A DNA stretch of 64,000 nucleotides from Candidatus Rokuibacteriota bacterium (GTDB lineage Bacteria; Methylomirabilota; Methylomirabilia; Rokubacteriales; CSP1-6). The stretch covers positions 9,048 to 73,047 of the forward strand of contig QHSX01000064.1 of the NCBI GenBank assembly GCA_003221695.1. Reading direction: 5' to 3'. The position numbers and the translations under genes are program-made. The notes below the pieces were generated by a model. It saw nothing but the letters and a program-made list of their open reading frames with translations. It made no database searches and had not been told where the DNA came from. Shown here one piece after another: positions 20,449-30,146 of the stretch (its first letter is position 1; every line of letters starts with the position of its first letter).

Positions 20449-20786
20449 GGCACGGCGCGCTCCTCGGCCCGCGGCCTCACGCCGGCCGGTGACGTCCGGA
20501 CGCTCCCGTCGGGGTTGATCACGGCAAGCGGCGGGACGTACGACTCGTGATCGGAAACCCGGCGCTCCCAGTGACCCGGGACGAGGACGGTCCCCCCGGT
20601 GGTCGCCGGGAAGTGGCGGTCGGGGACCCAGACGGTGTCGGGTCGCGCTGCCGGAGGCCGCGCCACGGTGGGCACGGGTGTCCTGCTGGCGCGGTCGATC
20701 TGGTCCACCCCGTGACGGAGCCCGGTCCCGCCGCCGGTCTGGAGGAACAGGAGCCCGCCCGCCAGCAGCGCGCCGGCCCGTCGCAT
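20445..20786 (-). CDS. Hypothetical exported protein
   Basis: Coupled between ligase and MFP; signal-like N-terminus; VWVP..VPGHW. Confidence 0.55.
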   Translation of the reverse strand: MRRAGALLAGGLLFLQTGGGTGLRHGVDQIDRASRTPVPTVARPPAARPDTVWVPDRHFPATTGGTVLVPGHWERRVSDHESYVPPLAVINPDGSVRTSPAGVRPRAEERAVP

Positions 20787-22423
20787 CAGGCGTCCCTCGC
20801 CTTCCAGCCCTTGTAGCGCTCGCGCAGCACTTTCTTGTCGAACTTGCCGACGCTCGTCTTGGGCACCGCGTCGATGATCTCGACGTCGTCCGGCAGCGCC
20901 CACTTGGCGACCTGGGGCCGGAGGTGGTCGATGATCTCGGTCGCATCGAGCCGCGCGCCGGGCTTCGGCACGACGCACGCCAGCGGCCGCTCGACCCACT
21001 TCGGGTGCGGCACGGCGATGACGGCCGCCTCGAGGACCTTCGGGTGCGACATGATCATGTTCTCGAGGTCGACGCTCGAGATCCACTCGCCGCCGGACTT
21101 GATCAAGTCCTTCGTGCGGTCGGTGATCTGCACGTAGCCCTCGGGGTCGATCGTCGCGACGTCGCCCGTCCTGAACCAGCCGTCTTCGGTGAACCGGGCG
21201 GCCGACTCCGGGTTGTTGTAGTAGGCGCCGACGACCCAGGGGCCGCGCACCTGGAGCTCGCCCATGCTCGTGGCGTTCCACGGCAGCTCGCGGCCGGCGT
21301 CGTCCACGATGCGGACGTCCACCCCGACCGACGGGTAGCCGACGCGCGCGCGCACGTCGTACTGCGCGTCCTCGGACCAGCCCCGCATGTAACTCTTGAG
21401 CCGTGCGATCGTGCCCAGGGGCGTCATCTCCGTCATGCCCCAGGCGTGCGACATGACCACGCCGAACTGGTTCTTGAAGGCGAGCTGGAGGTGCTTGGGC
21501 GCCGCCGAGCCGCCGATCGCGATCGTGCGGAGCGAGGCGATGTTCCAGCCCTCCTTCTCGCAGAGATCCTTGACGGCGATCCAGACCGTTGGCACCGCGC
21601 CGGTGAACGTGACACGCTCGTTCTGGACCAGCTCGCAGATGTCGCGCGGCTGGGGGCTCGGCCCGGCGAAGATCTGGGTCGACCCCACCATCACGCCCGT
21701 GAACGGCAGGCACCAGGCATTGGCGTGGAACATGGGGACGATGTGGAGGATCGTGTCGTCCTCCGAGATCCCGAACGAGTCGGTGAGCGCCTCCCCGAGG
21801 CAGTGCAGGAACATCGCCCGGTGGGTGTACACGACCGCCTTCGGGCTCCCCGTGGTGCCCGAGGTGTAGCACATGCCCGCCGCGTCGGTCTCCGCGAGCC
21901 GCGGCCAGCCCGTGACGGGCGTGGCGGCGGCGAGGAGCGCCTCGTACTCGTCGAGGCCCGCCGGCACCGTCGCGTCGGGCGTGTCGCGCATGATCACGAT
22001 CCGGCGCACGCTCGGGATCTTGTCGCGGATCGCCTCGAGCACAGGCCACACGCTCGCGTCGGCGAAGATCACCGCGTCCTCGGCATGGTTGACGATGTAG
22101 GTGAGGTCCTGGGCCGAGAGCCGGAAGTTCAGCGTGTGGAGGACGCAGCCGACGAGCGGCGCCGCCCAGTAGATCTCGAGGTGGCGGTGGCTGTTCCAGG
22201 CCAGGGTCGCCACACGGTCGCCCTTCCGGAGGCCGAGGGCCCGGAGGGCGCCGGCGAGGCGTGTCGTCCGCTCGGCAAAGTCCGCGTACGTGTGGCGGAA
22301 GAGCGGGCGGCCGGGGATGCGCGTGGCGAGCGTCTTCTTCGAGAAGAGCCGACGGCTCCGCTCGAAGAAGTGCGTCAGCGTGAGCGGGTAGTCCATCATG
22401 AGCCTGTCGAGCTGAGCACTCAT
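20786..22423 (-). CDS. Fatty acid/acyl-CoA ligase (AlkK/DmdB-like)
   Basis: YTSGTTGSPK, WGMTE, DRTKDLIKSGGEWISS. Confidence 0.9.
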   Translation of the reverse strand: MSAQLDRLMMDYPLTLTHFFERSRRLFSKKTLATRIPGRPLFRHTYADFAERTTRLAGALRALGLRKGDRVATLAWNSHRHLEIYWAAPLVGCVLHTLNFRLSAQDLTYIVNHAEDAVIFADASVWPVLEAIRDKIPSVRRIVIMRDTPDATVPAGLDEYEALLAAATPVTGWPRLAETDAAGMCYTSGTTGSPKAVVYTHRAMFLHCLGEALTDSFGISEDDTILHIVPMFHANAWCLPFTGVMVGSTQIFAGPSPQPRDICELVQNERVTFTGAVPTVWIAVKDLCEKEGWNIASLRTIAIGGSAAPKHLQLAFKNQFGVVMSHAWGMTEMTPLGTIARLKSYMRGWSEDAQYDVRARVGYPSVGVDVRIVDDAGRELPWNATSMGELQVRGPWVVGAYYNNPESAARFTEDGWFRTGDVATIDPEGYVQITDRTKDLIKSGGEWISSVDLENMIMSHPKVLEAAVIAVPHPKWVERPLACVVPKPGARLDATEIIDHLRPQVAKWALPDDVEIIDAVPKTSVGKFDKKVLRERYKGWKARDA

Positions 22424-22565
22424 GTCACCGGCCTCCCAGACCCTCCGACGTCGCACCACGCGGCCCCGGCGACCCCGTCCCGTCCATTCCCGGAATCATC
22501 AGGAGAGGCCCCAGGAGTATAAGGATAGGGGCGCGGGAGGTCGACGTCCACTCGGGCGCGTCGGG

Positions 22566-22844
22566 ATCATGGTCGTGGGAGCCGAGCGGCGGCCGCGGAG
22601 GCTCGGCGACGCGCGCCGCGAGGCGAGTCTGGAATCATGGTCGTGGGAGCCGAGCGGCGGCCGCGGAGGCTCGGCGACGCGCGCCGCGAGGCGAGTCTGG
22701 AATCATGGTCGTGGGAGCCGAGCGGCGGCCGCGGAGGCTCGGCGACGTGCGCCGCGCGGCGAGTCTGTAAATCATGGTCGTGGGAGCCGAGCGGCGGCCG
22801 CGGAGGCTCGGCGACGCGCGCCGCGAGGCGCGTCTGGAATCATG
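22566..22844. repeat. Four tandem ~68-bp palindromic units (REP/BIME-like) between divergent genes
   Basis: Units start 22566, 22634, 22702, 22771; each has stem GCCGAGC/GCTCGGC and a GCC-GCGA-GGC-type hairpin. Confidence 0.92.
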
Positions 22845-22860
22845 CTATCGTGATCCAGCG

Positions 22861-24921
22861 ATGCACTCACGCTGGGACGACGCCGAGGCCCGCCGGCTCG
22901 AGGGCCTCGATCTCCTCGTCTACGCCTCCCGTCTGATCGGCGCCGAGACCTCGCTCGTCGTCTGGGGGGGCGGCAACACGTCGATCAAGACCGTCGAGCG
23001 CGACCACCGTCGGCGTGACGTCCGGGTGCTGCGGGTGAAGGGCAGCGGCTCGGACCTCAAGTCGGTCGAGCGCAAGGACTTCCCGGGCGTGCGCATGGAC
23101 GACATCCTGGCGTTGCTCGAGCGGGACGACATGGGCGACGCGGAGATGGTGGGCTACCTTGCCCACGGGCTCCTGGACCCGGGCTCCACCCGGCCCTCGA
23201 TCGAGACGCTGCTCCACGGTTTCCTCCCGGCCCCCGCCGTCATCCACACCCACGCCGACGCGATCGTCTCGCTCACGAACAACGACCACCACCGCGACGT
23301 CTTCGATCAGGTGTACGGCAAGGACGTGATCACGCTCCCGTACCGGCGCCCGGGGTTCCGGATCTCGCGCGACGTCGCGGATGCGCTCCGCCTCCACCCC
23401 GACGCGCCGGCGCTCGTGCTCGAGCGTCATGGCACGATCACCTGGGGCGCGACGGTTCGCGACGCCTACGACGCGACGATCGAGCTGATCACGCGCGCCG
23501 AGGAGGCGATCGCCGAGAGGAAGCGGGGCCGGCGAGTCTTCGGCGGCCCGCGCGTCCCGGTTTCTGAGCCGGCGGCGCGGCGCGCGGCCGCGCTCGCGGC
23601 GGCGCCACGCCTGCGCGGCGTGCTGAGCCGCACGCGGCGGGTGATCGTCACGTTCGACGACTCGCCCCCGGTCCTCGAGTTCGTGTCCTCCGCCCACGGG
23701 CCGCGGCTCTCGCAGATCGGTCCCGCCACCCCCGACCACACGATCTACACGAAGCGGCTGCCGTGCGTGGTGGCGCTCGACGGGGCGGAGACCGGCGAAC
23801 CGCTCATGGCCGCGATCGAGGCGGCCGTCGAGCGCTTCGTCGCCGACTATACGCGCTACTTCGACGCGAATCGCTTCGAGGGCGCCGAGCTCGGCGACCC
23901 TCGGCCACGCGTCGTCCTGGCGCCCGGGCTCGGCATGTTCACCGCGGGTCGCGACCGGCGCACCGCGGGGATCGTGAACGATATCTACCACCACACGATC
24001 GACGTCATCGGCGGCGCCTCGACGTTCGGCGAGTACGTCTCGCTCTCGGCCAAGGACGCCTTCGACGTGGAGTACTGGCCGCTCGAGCTCTACAAGCTCA
24101 CCCTGGCGCCGCCCGAGAAGGAGCTGGCGCGGCGCATCGCGCTCGTGACCGGCGGTGCCTCTGGCATCGGCCGAGCGGTGGCGCGGCGGCTCGCGGCCGA
24201 AGGCGCCCACGTCGTGGTCGCCGACCTCGACGAGGCCGGCGCGCGAAAGACGGCACACGAGATCGTCGCCACGGTCGGCGCGGGGCGGGCGCTCGGCCTC
24301 GGGATGGACGTCAGCCGGGAGGACTCGGTGAGCGCTGGCGTCGAGGAGACGGTGCTCGCCTACGGCGGGCTCGACATCCTCGTGTCGAACGCCGGCGTCG
24401 CCCACTCCTGCCCCGTCGAGCGGCTGTCGCTCGCCGACTGGGAGCGGTCCTTCGCGGTCAACGCGACGGGCCACTTCCTGGTGGCGCGCGAGGCGCTGAA
24501 GATCCTCATCGCCCAGGGGCTGGGCGGCGCCCTCGTCTTCGTCGCGACCAAGAACGTGATGTCGCCCGGCAAGGACTTCGCCGCCTACTCCGCCGCCAAG
24601 GCGGCCGAGGCGCAGCTCGCGAAGGTCCTGTCGCTCGAGGGCGCGCCCCACGGGATCCGCTCGAACATCGTGAACCCCGACGCCGTCTTCCAGGACTCGA
24701 AGCTCTGGTCCGACGAGGTCCGGCGCGAGCGCGCGGCCGCCCAGGGGATCCCGGTGACCGAGCTCGAGGAGTTCTACCGCAGACGTAATCTCCTCGGCGT
24801 CCGCATCCTCCCCGAGGACGTCGCCGAGGCGGTGCTCTTCCTCGCTTCCGACCGCTCGGCGAAGACGACCGGCTGCACGATCACCGTGGACGGCGGCGTG
24901 AAAGACGCGTTCCCGAGGTGA
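22861..24921 (+). CDS. Bifunctional rhamnulose-1-phosphate aldolase / short-chain dehydrogenase
   Basis: GGGNTS, PSIETLLH, HTHADA, then SDR TGGASGIG and YSAAK. Confidence 0.88.
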   Translation: MHSRWDDAEARRLEGLDLLVYASRLIGAETSLVVWGGGNTSIKTVERDHRRRDVRVLRVKGSGSDLKSVERKDFPGVRMDDILALLERDDMGDAEMVGYLAHGLLDPGSTRPSIETLLHGFLPAPAVIHTHADAIVSLTNNDHHRDVFDQVYGKDVITLPYRRPGFRISRDVADALRLHPDAPALVLERHGTITWGATVRDAYDATIELITRAEEAIAERKRGRRVFGGPRVPVSEPAARRAAALAAAPRLRGVLSRTRRVIVTFDDSPPVLEFVSSAHGPRLSQIGPATPDHTIYTKRLPCVVALDGAETGEPLMAAIEAAVERFVADYTRYFDANRFEGAELGDPRPRVVLAPGLGMFTAGRDRRTAGIVNDIYHHTIDVIGGASTFGEYVSLSAKDAFDVEYWPLELYKLTLAPPEKELARRIALVTGGASGIGRAVARRLAAEGAHVVVADLDEAGARKTAHEIVATVGAGRALGLGMDVSREDSVSAGVEETVLAYGGLDILVSNAGVAHSCPVERLSLADWERSFAVNATGHFLVAREALKILIAQGLGGALVFVATKNVMSPGKDFAAYSAAKAAEAQLAKVLSLEGAPHGIRSNIVNPDAVFQDSKLWSDEVRRERAAAQGIPVTELEEFYRRRNLLGVRILPEDVAEAVLFLASDRSAKTTGCTITVDGGVKDAFPR

Positions 24922-24925
24922 GTCG

Positions 24926-25843
24926 ATGACCGGCTTCGGCGTCCACCTCACCATGCATCCCCCCGAGGAGCAGTTCGCGCTCGTGCGACGGGTCGAGGAG
25001 CTCGGCTTCGACTCGGTCTGGACGGGCGACCACGTCGCCTTCAACACCCCGCTCTACGAGTCGCTCACGCTGCTCGCCGCCTACGCGCCGATCACGCGCC
25101 GGCTCAAGCTCGGCGTCGCGGTGTACCTGCTCGCGCTCCGCTCGGCGGCGGTCGCGGCCAAGGTGACCGCGACGCTCGACGTGCTCTCGGGCGGGCGGCT
25201 GATCTTCGGCGTGGGAGTCGGGGGCGAGAACCCGAAAGAGTTCGAGCTATGCGGCGTTCTCCACGCGGAGCGGGGGGCGCGCGTCACCGAGGGGATCGAC
25301 GCGGTGCGCGCCCTCTGGCGCGACACGCCCGCGACGTTCCAGGGGCGGTTCAACCGGTTCAAGGACGTCTCGATCGATCCCAAGCCCGTGCAGACGCTCC
25401 CGCCGGTCTGGGTTGGCGGGCGCTCGGACGCCGCGCTGGTTCGCGCCGGCCGCCAGGGGGACGGCTGGGTGTCCTACGTCGTCCAGCCCGAGCGCTACGC
25501 GCGGAGCCTCGAGACGATCCGCGAGGCGGCGCACGCCGCCGGCCGGTCGCTCGCCGACTTCACCGCCGCGCACCTCGCCTTCATCGCCGTGGGGCGCGAT
25601 TACGAGCGCGCCAAGCAGGCGTGGGTCAGCGTCCTCTCCAGGCGTTACGCCCAGAACTTCGAGCCCCTCGCACGGAAGTACGGGATCATCGGCACCCCCG
25701 CCCAGTGCGTCGAGCAGCTCGCGGCGTTCCGCGACGCCGGCTGCGGCTACTTCCTCCTGAGCGCGATCGGCGAGCCCCGCGAGGAGCGGGAGCAGCTCGA
25801 GGCGATCGCCGCGGAGATCCTCCCGCGTCTCCGGGCGCGCTGA
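24926..25843 (+). CDS. LLM-class flavin-dependent oxidoreductase
   Basis: GFDSVWTGDH, LDVLSGGRL, PPVWVGG. Confidence 0.88.
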   Translation: MTGFGVHLTMHPPEEQFALVRRVEELGFDSVWTGDHVAFNTPLYESLTLLAAYAPITRRLKLGVAVYLLALRSAAVAAKVTATLDVLSGGRLIFGVGVGGENPKEFELCGVLHAERGARVTEGIDAVRALWRDTPATFQGRFNRFKDVSIDPKPVQTLPPVWVGGRSDAALVRAGRQGDGWVSYVVQPERYARSLETIREAAHAAGRSLADFTAAHLAFIAVGRDYERAKQAWVSVLSRRYAQNFEPLARKYGIIGTPAQCVEQLAAFRDAGCGYFLLSAIGEPREEREQLEAIAAEILPRLRAR

Positions 25844-25853
25844 GCGGGCCGCC

Positions 25854-26555
25854 GTGAAGCCCTTCGAGTGCCGGGCGCGGGTCGACGCGGTCCGTCGGCT
25901 CGCGCCCGAGATCCTCGAGGCCGACCTCCGTCTGGACGAGCCGCCGGCGCTCGAGTTCGTCGCAGGCCAGTGGGTATCGGTCCCGTTCGGACCGAAGACC
26001 GTCCGCGCCTACTCGATCGCCTCGACGCCGCGCTCCCCCACGCGGCTCACGCTCTGCGCCGACGTGGCGCCCGGCGGGATCGGCTCCGAGTGGTTTCGCG
26101 GCCTCAAGCCGGGCGACGCCGTCCGTTTCAAGGCGCCGCTCGGCGGCTTCGTCTTCAGCCGCGCCGATCCGCGGCGTCCCCTCTTCGTCGCCGAAGAGAT
26201 CGGCATCGTGCCGATCCGCGCGATCCTGACCGAGCTCTACGCGACCGGCTTCGGACGCCCCGCGACCCTCGCCTACTGGGCGCGTGACCCGGGCTGGCTC
26301 GCGTACGACGCGGAGTTCGGCTCGCTCGCACGCCGGTATCCCGGCTTCGTCTACCATCCGGTGGTGGCGGGCGCCGGGGGCCCGGCACGGGACGGGGCGG
26401 GCAGCCTCGCCGAGGCAGTCCGGTCCCTGGTCGCCGACGTCACCGGGCTCGTCGCCTATGTCTCGGGGAGCGAGTCGATGATCCACCAGGTCCGCGACGT
26501 CCTCGTCGCCAGGGGCCTCGACCGCAAAGCCGTCAAATGGGAGAAATTCTGGTGA
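25854..26555 (+). CDS. FAD/NAD(P)-binding oxidoreductase (ferredoxin reductase-like)
   Basis: GQWV, RAYSIAS, GIVPIRAI, terminal EKFW. Confidence 0.8.
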   Translation: MKPFECRARVDAVRRLAPEILEADLRLDEPPALEFVAGQWVSVPFGPKTVRAYSIASTPRSPTRLTLCADVAPGGIGSEWFRGLKPGDAVRFKAPLGGFVFSRADPRRPLFVAEEIGIVPIRAILTELYATGFGRPATLAYWARDPGWLAYDAEFGSLARRYPGFVYHPVVAGAGGPARDGAGSLAEAVRSLVADVTGLVAYVSGSESMIHQVRDVLVARGLDRKAVKWEKFW

Positions 26556-26561
26556 GTGGCA

Positions 26562-26728
26562 GTGCGAGCCGAGGGGCGGCCGCGGAGGCTCGGCGACGCG
26601 CGCCGCGAGGCGAGTCTGGAAATCGCGGTTGTGCGAGCCGAGGGGCGGCCGCGGAGGCTCGGCGACGCGCGCCGCGAGGCGAGTCTGTAATGACCGCCGG
26701 GGAGATTCGGAGGGGGTCGCCCCCTCCG
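26562..26728. repeat. Two more copies of the same repeat unit plus a GC hairpin
   Basis: Units at 26562 and 26631 share GAGCCGAG...GGCGAGTCTG with the 22.6-kb units; CGGAGGGG..CCCCTCCG hairpin follows. Confidence 0.88.
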
Positions 26729-26733
26729 CCAGA

Positions 26734-28377
26734 ATGACGGGCGGGGAGCTGGTCGCGCGGACGCTCAAGGAGGCGGGCGTGAGCCACGTGTTCACGCTCT
26801 GCGGCGGCCACATCCTACCGATCTACGACGGCTGCCTCAGCGAGGCCCTCACGCTCGTCGACTTCCGCCACGAGCAGGCGGCCGCCCACGCCGCCGACGC
26901 GTACGCTCGCCTCACGCGGGGAATCGGCGTCGCCCTCGTCGCGCCGGGGCCCGGCGTGACCGACGCGGTCACGGGCGTCGCGAACGCCTACGCGGCGCGC
27001 AGCCCCGTGCTCCTGGTCGGTGGCGCCGCGCCCCAGGGACTTCACGGACTCGGCGCGCTCCAGGAGATGGACCAGCTAGGGCTCATGCGCTCGATCACCA
27101 AGGGCGCGTGGACGGTCGCGGAGACGCGGCAGATCCCCGAGGTGCTCACCACGGCGATCCGCACCGCGCTCTCGGGCCGGCCCGGCCCGGTGTTCGTCGA
27201 GATTCCGGTGGACCTCTTGATGGCGACGGTCGAGGACCGCCTGGCGCCGATCCCCCGGCAGTACGTCCACCGGCCGCGGCCCGCCGCCGATCCTGACGGG
27301 CTCAGGCGCCTGGAGCGGCTGCTCGCCGCCGCCGCGCGCCCCGTGGTCATCGCCGGGGGCGGCGTGTACTGGGACGACGCGGCGCAGGCGCTCACCGCGT
27401 TCGTGGAGCGCGCGGGGGCGCCGGTGTTCATGAACGGGGCGGGACGCGGCGCGCTCCCGTCGTCCCACCCTAACGCCTTCGCCCAGGCACGCGGCTTCGC
27501 CCTGGGCCAAGCCGACCTCGTCCTCGTGCTCGGCACGCCGCTCGACTTCCGCCTAGGCTACGGCCGGCCGCCGCTCTTCGCCGAGGGTGCGAAGGTCGTC
27601 ATGATCGACGTCGATCCGGCCGAGCTTGGCCGGAACCGCCCGCTCGAGTTGGGGCTCGTGGGCGACCTCGACGTGATCCTCCGTCAGCTGAGCGAGGTCG
27701 TTCCCCCGAGGCGCGCCGAGCAGACGGCGCCTTGGCTTGCGGCGGTGCGCGCCCGGGAGACGGAGAGCCGGGGGAAGCTCGACGGCTTCTGCGCCTCCGA
27801 GCAGGTGCCGGTGGCACACTACCGCCTCGCCGCGGAGATTGCGCGCGTCGTGACCCCGGAGACGATCGTCATCGGCGACGGCGGCGACATCGTCGGTTGC
27901 GCCTCGAAGGTCGTGCTGCTCGACCGGCCGGGGCAGTGGCTCGACCCCGGGCCGCTCGGCTGTCTCGGGGTCGGCCCGTCGTTCGCACTCACGGCGAAGC
28001 TGCTCCACCCGGGACGGCGCGTCCTCCTGATCGCGGGCGACGGTGCCCTGGGGCTCAACGGGATGGAGCTCGAGACGGCGGTGCGCTTGGGTCTGCCGCT
28101 GACCGTGGTCGTCGGCAACGACGGCGGCTGGGGACAGATCCGGAACCCGCAGCTGGGGTTCTACGGCGAGGCGCGCGCGGTGGCGACGTCGCTCCCGCAC
28201 ACGCGCTTCGACCTCCTGGCCGAGGCGTTCGGTGGACGCGGCGTGCTCGTCCGGGAGCCGGACCAGATCGGCCCCGCGCTCGCGCGGGCGCTCGCGAGCG
28301 ACCAGGTCTGGTGTGTCAACGTCATCCTCGACCCGGAGGCGTACAAGAAGACCGGCACGGTCTCGATGGCGATCTGA
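26734..28377 (+). CDS. Thiamine pyrophosphate enzyme (acetolactate synthase / 2-hydroxyacyl-CoA lyase-like)
   Basis: RHEQAAAHAAD, GRPGPVFVEIP, GDG..GND. Confidence 0.85.
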   Translation: MTGGELVARTLKEAGVSHVFTLCGGHILPIYDGCLSEALTLVDFRHEQAAAHAADAYARLTRGIGVALVAPGPGVTDAVTGVANAYAARSPVLLVGGAAPQGLHGLGALQEMDQLGLMRSITKGAWTVAETRQIPEVLTTAIRTALSGRPGPVFVEIPVDLLMATVEDRLAPIPRQYVHRPRPAADPDGLRRLERLLAAAARPVVIAGGGVYWDDAAQALTAFVERAGAPVFMNGAGRGALPSSHPNAFAQARGFALGQADLVLVLGTPLDFRLGYGRPPLFAEGAKVVMIDVDPAELGRNRPLELGLVGDLDVILRQLSEVVPPRRAEQTAPWLAAVRARETESRGKLDGFCASEQVPVAHYRLAAEIARVVTPETIVIGDGGDIVGCASKVVLLDRPGQWLDPGPLGCLGVGPSFALTAKLLHPGRRVLLIAGDGALGLNGMELETAVRLGLPLTVVVGNDGGWGQIRNPQLGFYGEARAVATSLPHTRFDLLAEAFGGRGVLVREPDQIGPALARALASDQVWCVNVILDPEAYKKTGTVSMAI

Positions 28378-28384
28378 CCGTTCC

Positions 28385-29416
28385 GTGAGGATCACCTTTC
28401 TCGTTCCCCACCTGCGGATCGCCGGCGGCGTGCGGGCGATCCTCGCGTACGCGGACCGGCTGGCGGCCCGGGGCCACGACGTGACGCTGGTGGTGGAGGC
28501 GAAGAGCCGCGTCCGTGCCGCGTGGCGTAACCTGAGAGGCGTCGGCGCCGACTGGGTCCCGGCGCTCCGCGCGCGTGTGCGCTGGGTGGAGCGCTTCGCG
28601 CCCGCGGTGCTCGCCGAGGGCGACGTCGTCGTCGCCACGGCGTGGCAGTCGGCGGCCGGGGTCGCCGCGGCGCCAGCCCGGTGCGGGGCGAAGTTCTACT
28701 TCGTGCAGCACTACGAGAGCCTCTACCACGGCGCGCCCAACGCCGTGGACGCGACGTACCGGCTCCCGCTCAGGAAGATCGTGATCTCGACATGGCTCCG
28801 CGACCTGATGCGCGAGCGGTTCGGCAGCCCGACCGACGTGCTCGTGACGCCGGTGGATCCCGACCTCTTCCATCCGACGCCCGGCACCGTCTCCACCTCG
28901 CGGCCGCGCGTGCTGATGCTCCACCACGAGTACGCGTGGAAGGGTGTCGCCGACGGCCTGGAGGCGGTGGCGCGCGTGAGGCGTCACGTGCCGGCGCTCA
29001 GGCTGGTCGGGTTCGGGGTCAAGCCGCCGGCCGGCGAGATGCCGTACGACGAGTTCCACCTGAGCCCCCCGCAGGCGCGCCTGGCCGCCGTGTACTCGAG
29101 CTGCGAGGTCTATCTCTGCCCGTCGTGGGACGAAGGCCTCGGGATGCCGCCGATGGAGGCGATGGCCTGCGGCGCCGCCCTCGTCACGTACGACAACGGC
29201 GGCTGCCGCGATTACGCGCGCGACGGCGAGACCGCCCTGGTCGCGCGACGGCGAGACGTCGCCGACCTCGCCGACAAGCTGGAGCGCCTCGCGGTGGACG
29301 CGCCGCTCCGCATGCGGCTCGCCGCCGCGGGCATGCGCTTCGTCACGACGGCGTTCAGCTGGGACCGCGCCGTGTGCCGGCTGGAAGAGATCTTCGGAGC
29401 GAGGCGATCAGGATGA
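28385..29416 (+). CDS. Glycosyltransferase family 4
   Basis: IAGGVR, EGLGMPPMEAMACG. Confidence 0.87.
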   Translation: MRITFLVPHLRIAGGVRAILAYADRLAARGHDVTLVVEAKSRVRAAWRNLRGVGADWVPALRARVRWVERFAPAVLAEGDVVVATAWQSAAGVAAAPARCGAKFYFVQHYESLYHGAPNAVDATYRLPLRKIVISTWLRDLMRERFGSPTDVLVTPVDPDLFHPTPGTVSTSRPRVLMLHHEYAWKGVADGLEAVARVRRHVPALRLVGFGVKPPAGEMPYDEFHLSPPQARLAAVYSSCEVYLCPSWDEGLGMPPMEAMACGAALVTYDNGGCRDYARDGETALVARRRDVADLADKLERLAVDAPLRMRLAAAGMRFVTTAFSWDRAVCRLEEIFGARRSG

Positions 29417-29602
29417 TCGGCGTGCCGCGAGCGCGATGAGGGCGGGCTGACCGTCCAGGGTCCAGGCGAGCACGTGGAGCTCCGCTTCCACCTCGGTGAG
29501 CTGCCGCATGAGGCGCTCCCGGTCCTCGCGCAGCGCGCGCGCGAGCCGTGCGACCTGCTCCAGCACGCGCTGCTCATCGTCGGTGTACGCGCCGTCGGGC
29601 AT
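29408..29602 (-). CDS. Small coiled-coil hypothetical protein
   Basis: 64-aa ORF with a sigma54-type motif just upstream. Confidence 0.5.
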   Translation of the reverse strand: MPDGAYTDDEQRVLEQVARLARALREDRERLMRQLTEVEAELHVLAWTLDGQPALIALAARRSS

Positions 29603-29616
29603 GCCCGGGCCCGGCA

Positions 29617-29631
29617 GCAAAAAAGGTGCCG
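29617..29631 (-). promoter_or_regulatory. Sigma54 -24/-12 promoter candidate
   Basis: Minus strand CGGCACCTTTTTTGC (GG-N10-GC). Confidence 0.55.
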
Positions 29632-29762
29632 CCGGGTGGAGGGCTTGCTGGACGCGAGCTTGGCCGAGCGCGCCCGGCAGACTGGCACACCGTGTCCGCG
29701 GCCTGACACGTGGGCCCGCGCGCCCGCCGAGGCGCCCACCGCGTGCTAAGATTGATGAGACC

Positions 29763-30146
29763 ATGCCGATCTACGAGTACGAGTGTCACGACTGCCAGCG
29801 CCGGGTCAGTCTGCTCGTGCTTCGCCCCTCCGCGGCGTCGCCGCCGACGTGCCCGCGCTGTCACGGTCAGAGCCTGAGCCGCGTGATGTCGCGCTTCGCC
29901 ACGGTGAAATCGGAGGAGGCGCGCCTGGAGTCGCTCGCCGACTCGTCCGCCTTCGGCGACCTCGACGACAACGACCCCGCGAGCGCGGCCCGGTTCATGA
30001 AGAAGATGGGCCGGGAGCTCGGCGACGACCTCGGCGAAGACTTCGAGTCGGCGATGGACGAGGCGCTCAGCGAAGGCGAGGCCGACGCGGCGGACGGGAC
30101 CGCGGCCGACCCCCCGGGCGCGGCAGGCGCGGCTCCAGACCTGTGA
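29763..30146 (+). CDS. FmdB-family zinc ribbon protein
   Basis: MPIYEYECHDC...CPRC. Confidence 0.85.
   Translation: MPIYEYECHDCQRRVSLLVLRPSAASPPTCPRCHGQSLSRVMSRFATVKSEEARLESLADSSAFGDLDDNDPASAARFMKKMGRELGDDLGEDFESAMDEALSEGEADAADGTAADPPGAAGAAPDL

Noticed and set aside
22566-22844. CRISPR array
   Set aside because: Units are near-identical along their full length with no unique spacers, and no cas genes are present.
22774-22860. N-terminal extension of the aldolase ORF (also 26629-26733 for the TPP enzyme)
   Set aside because: Read-through of repeat DNA; the recognisable proteins begin at 22861 and 26734.
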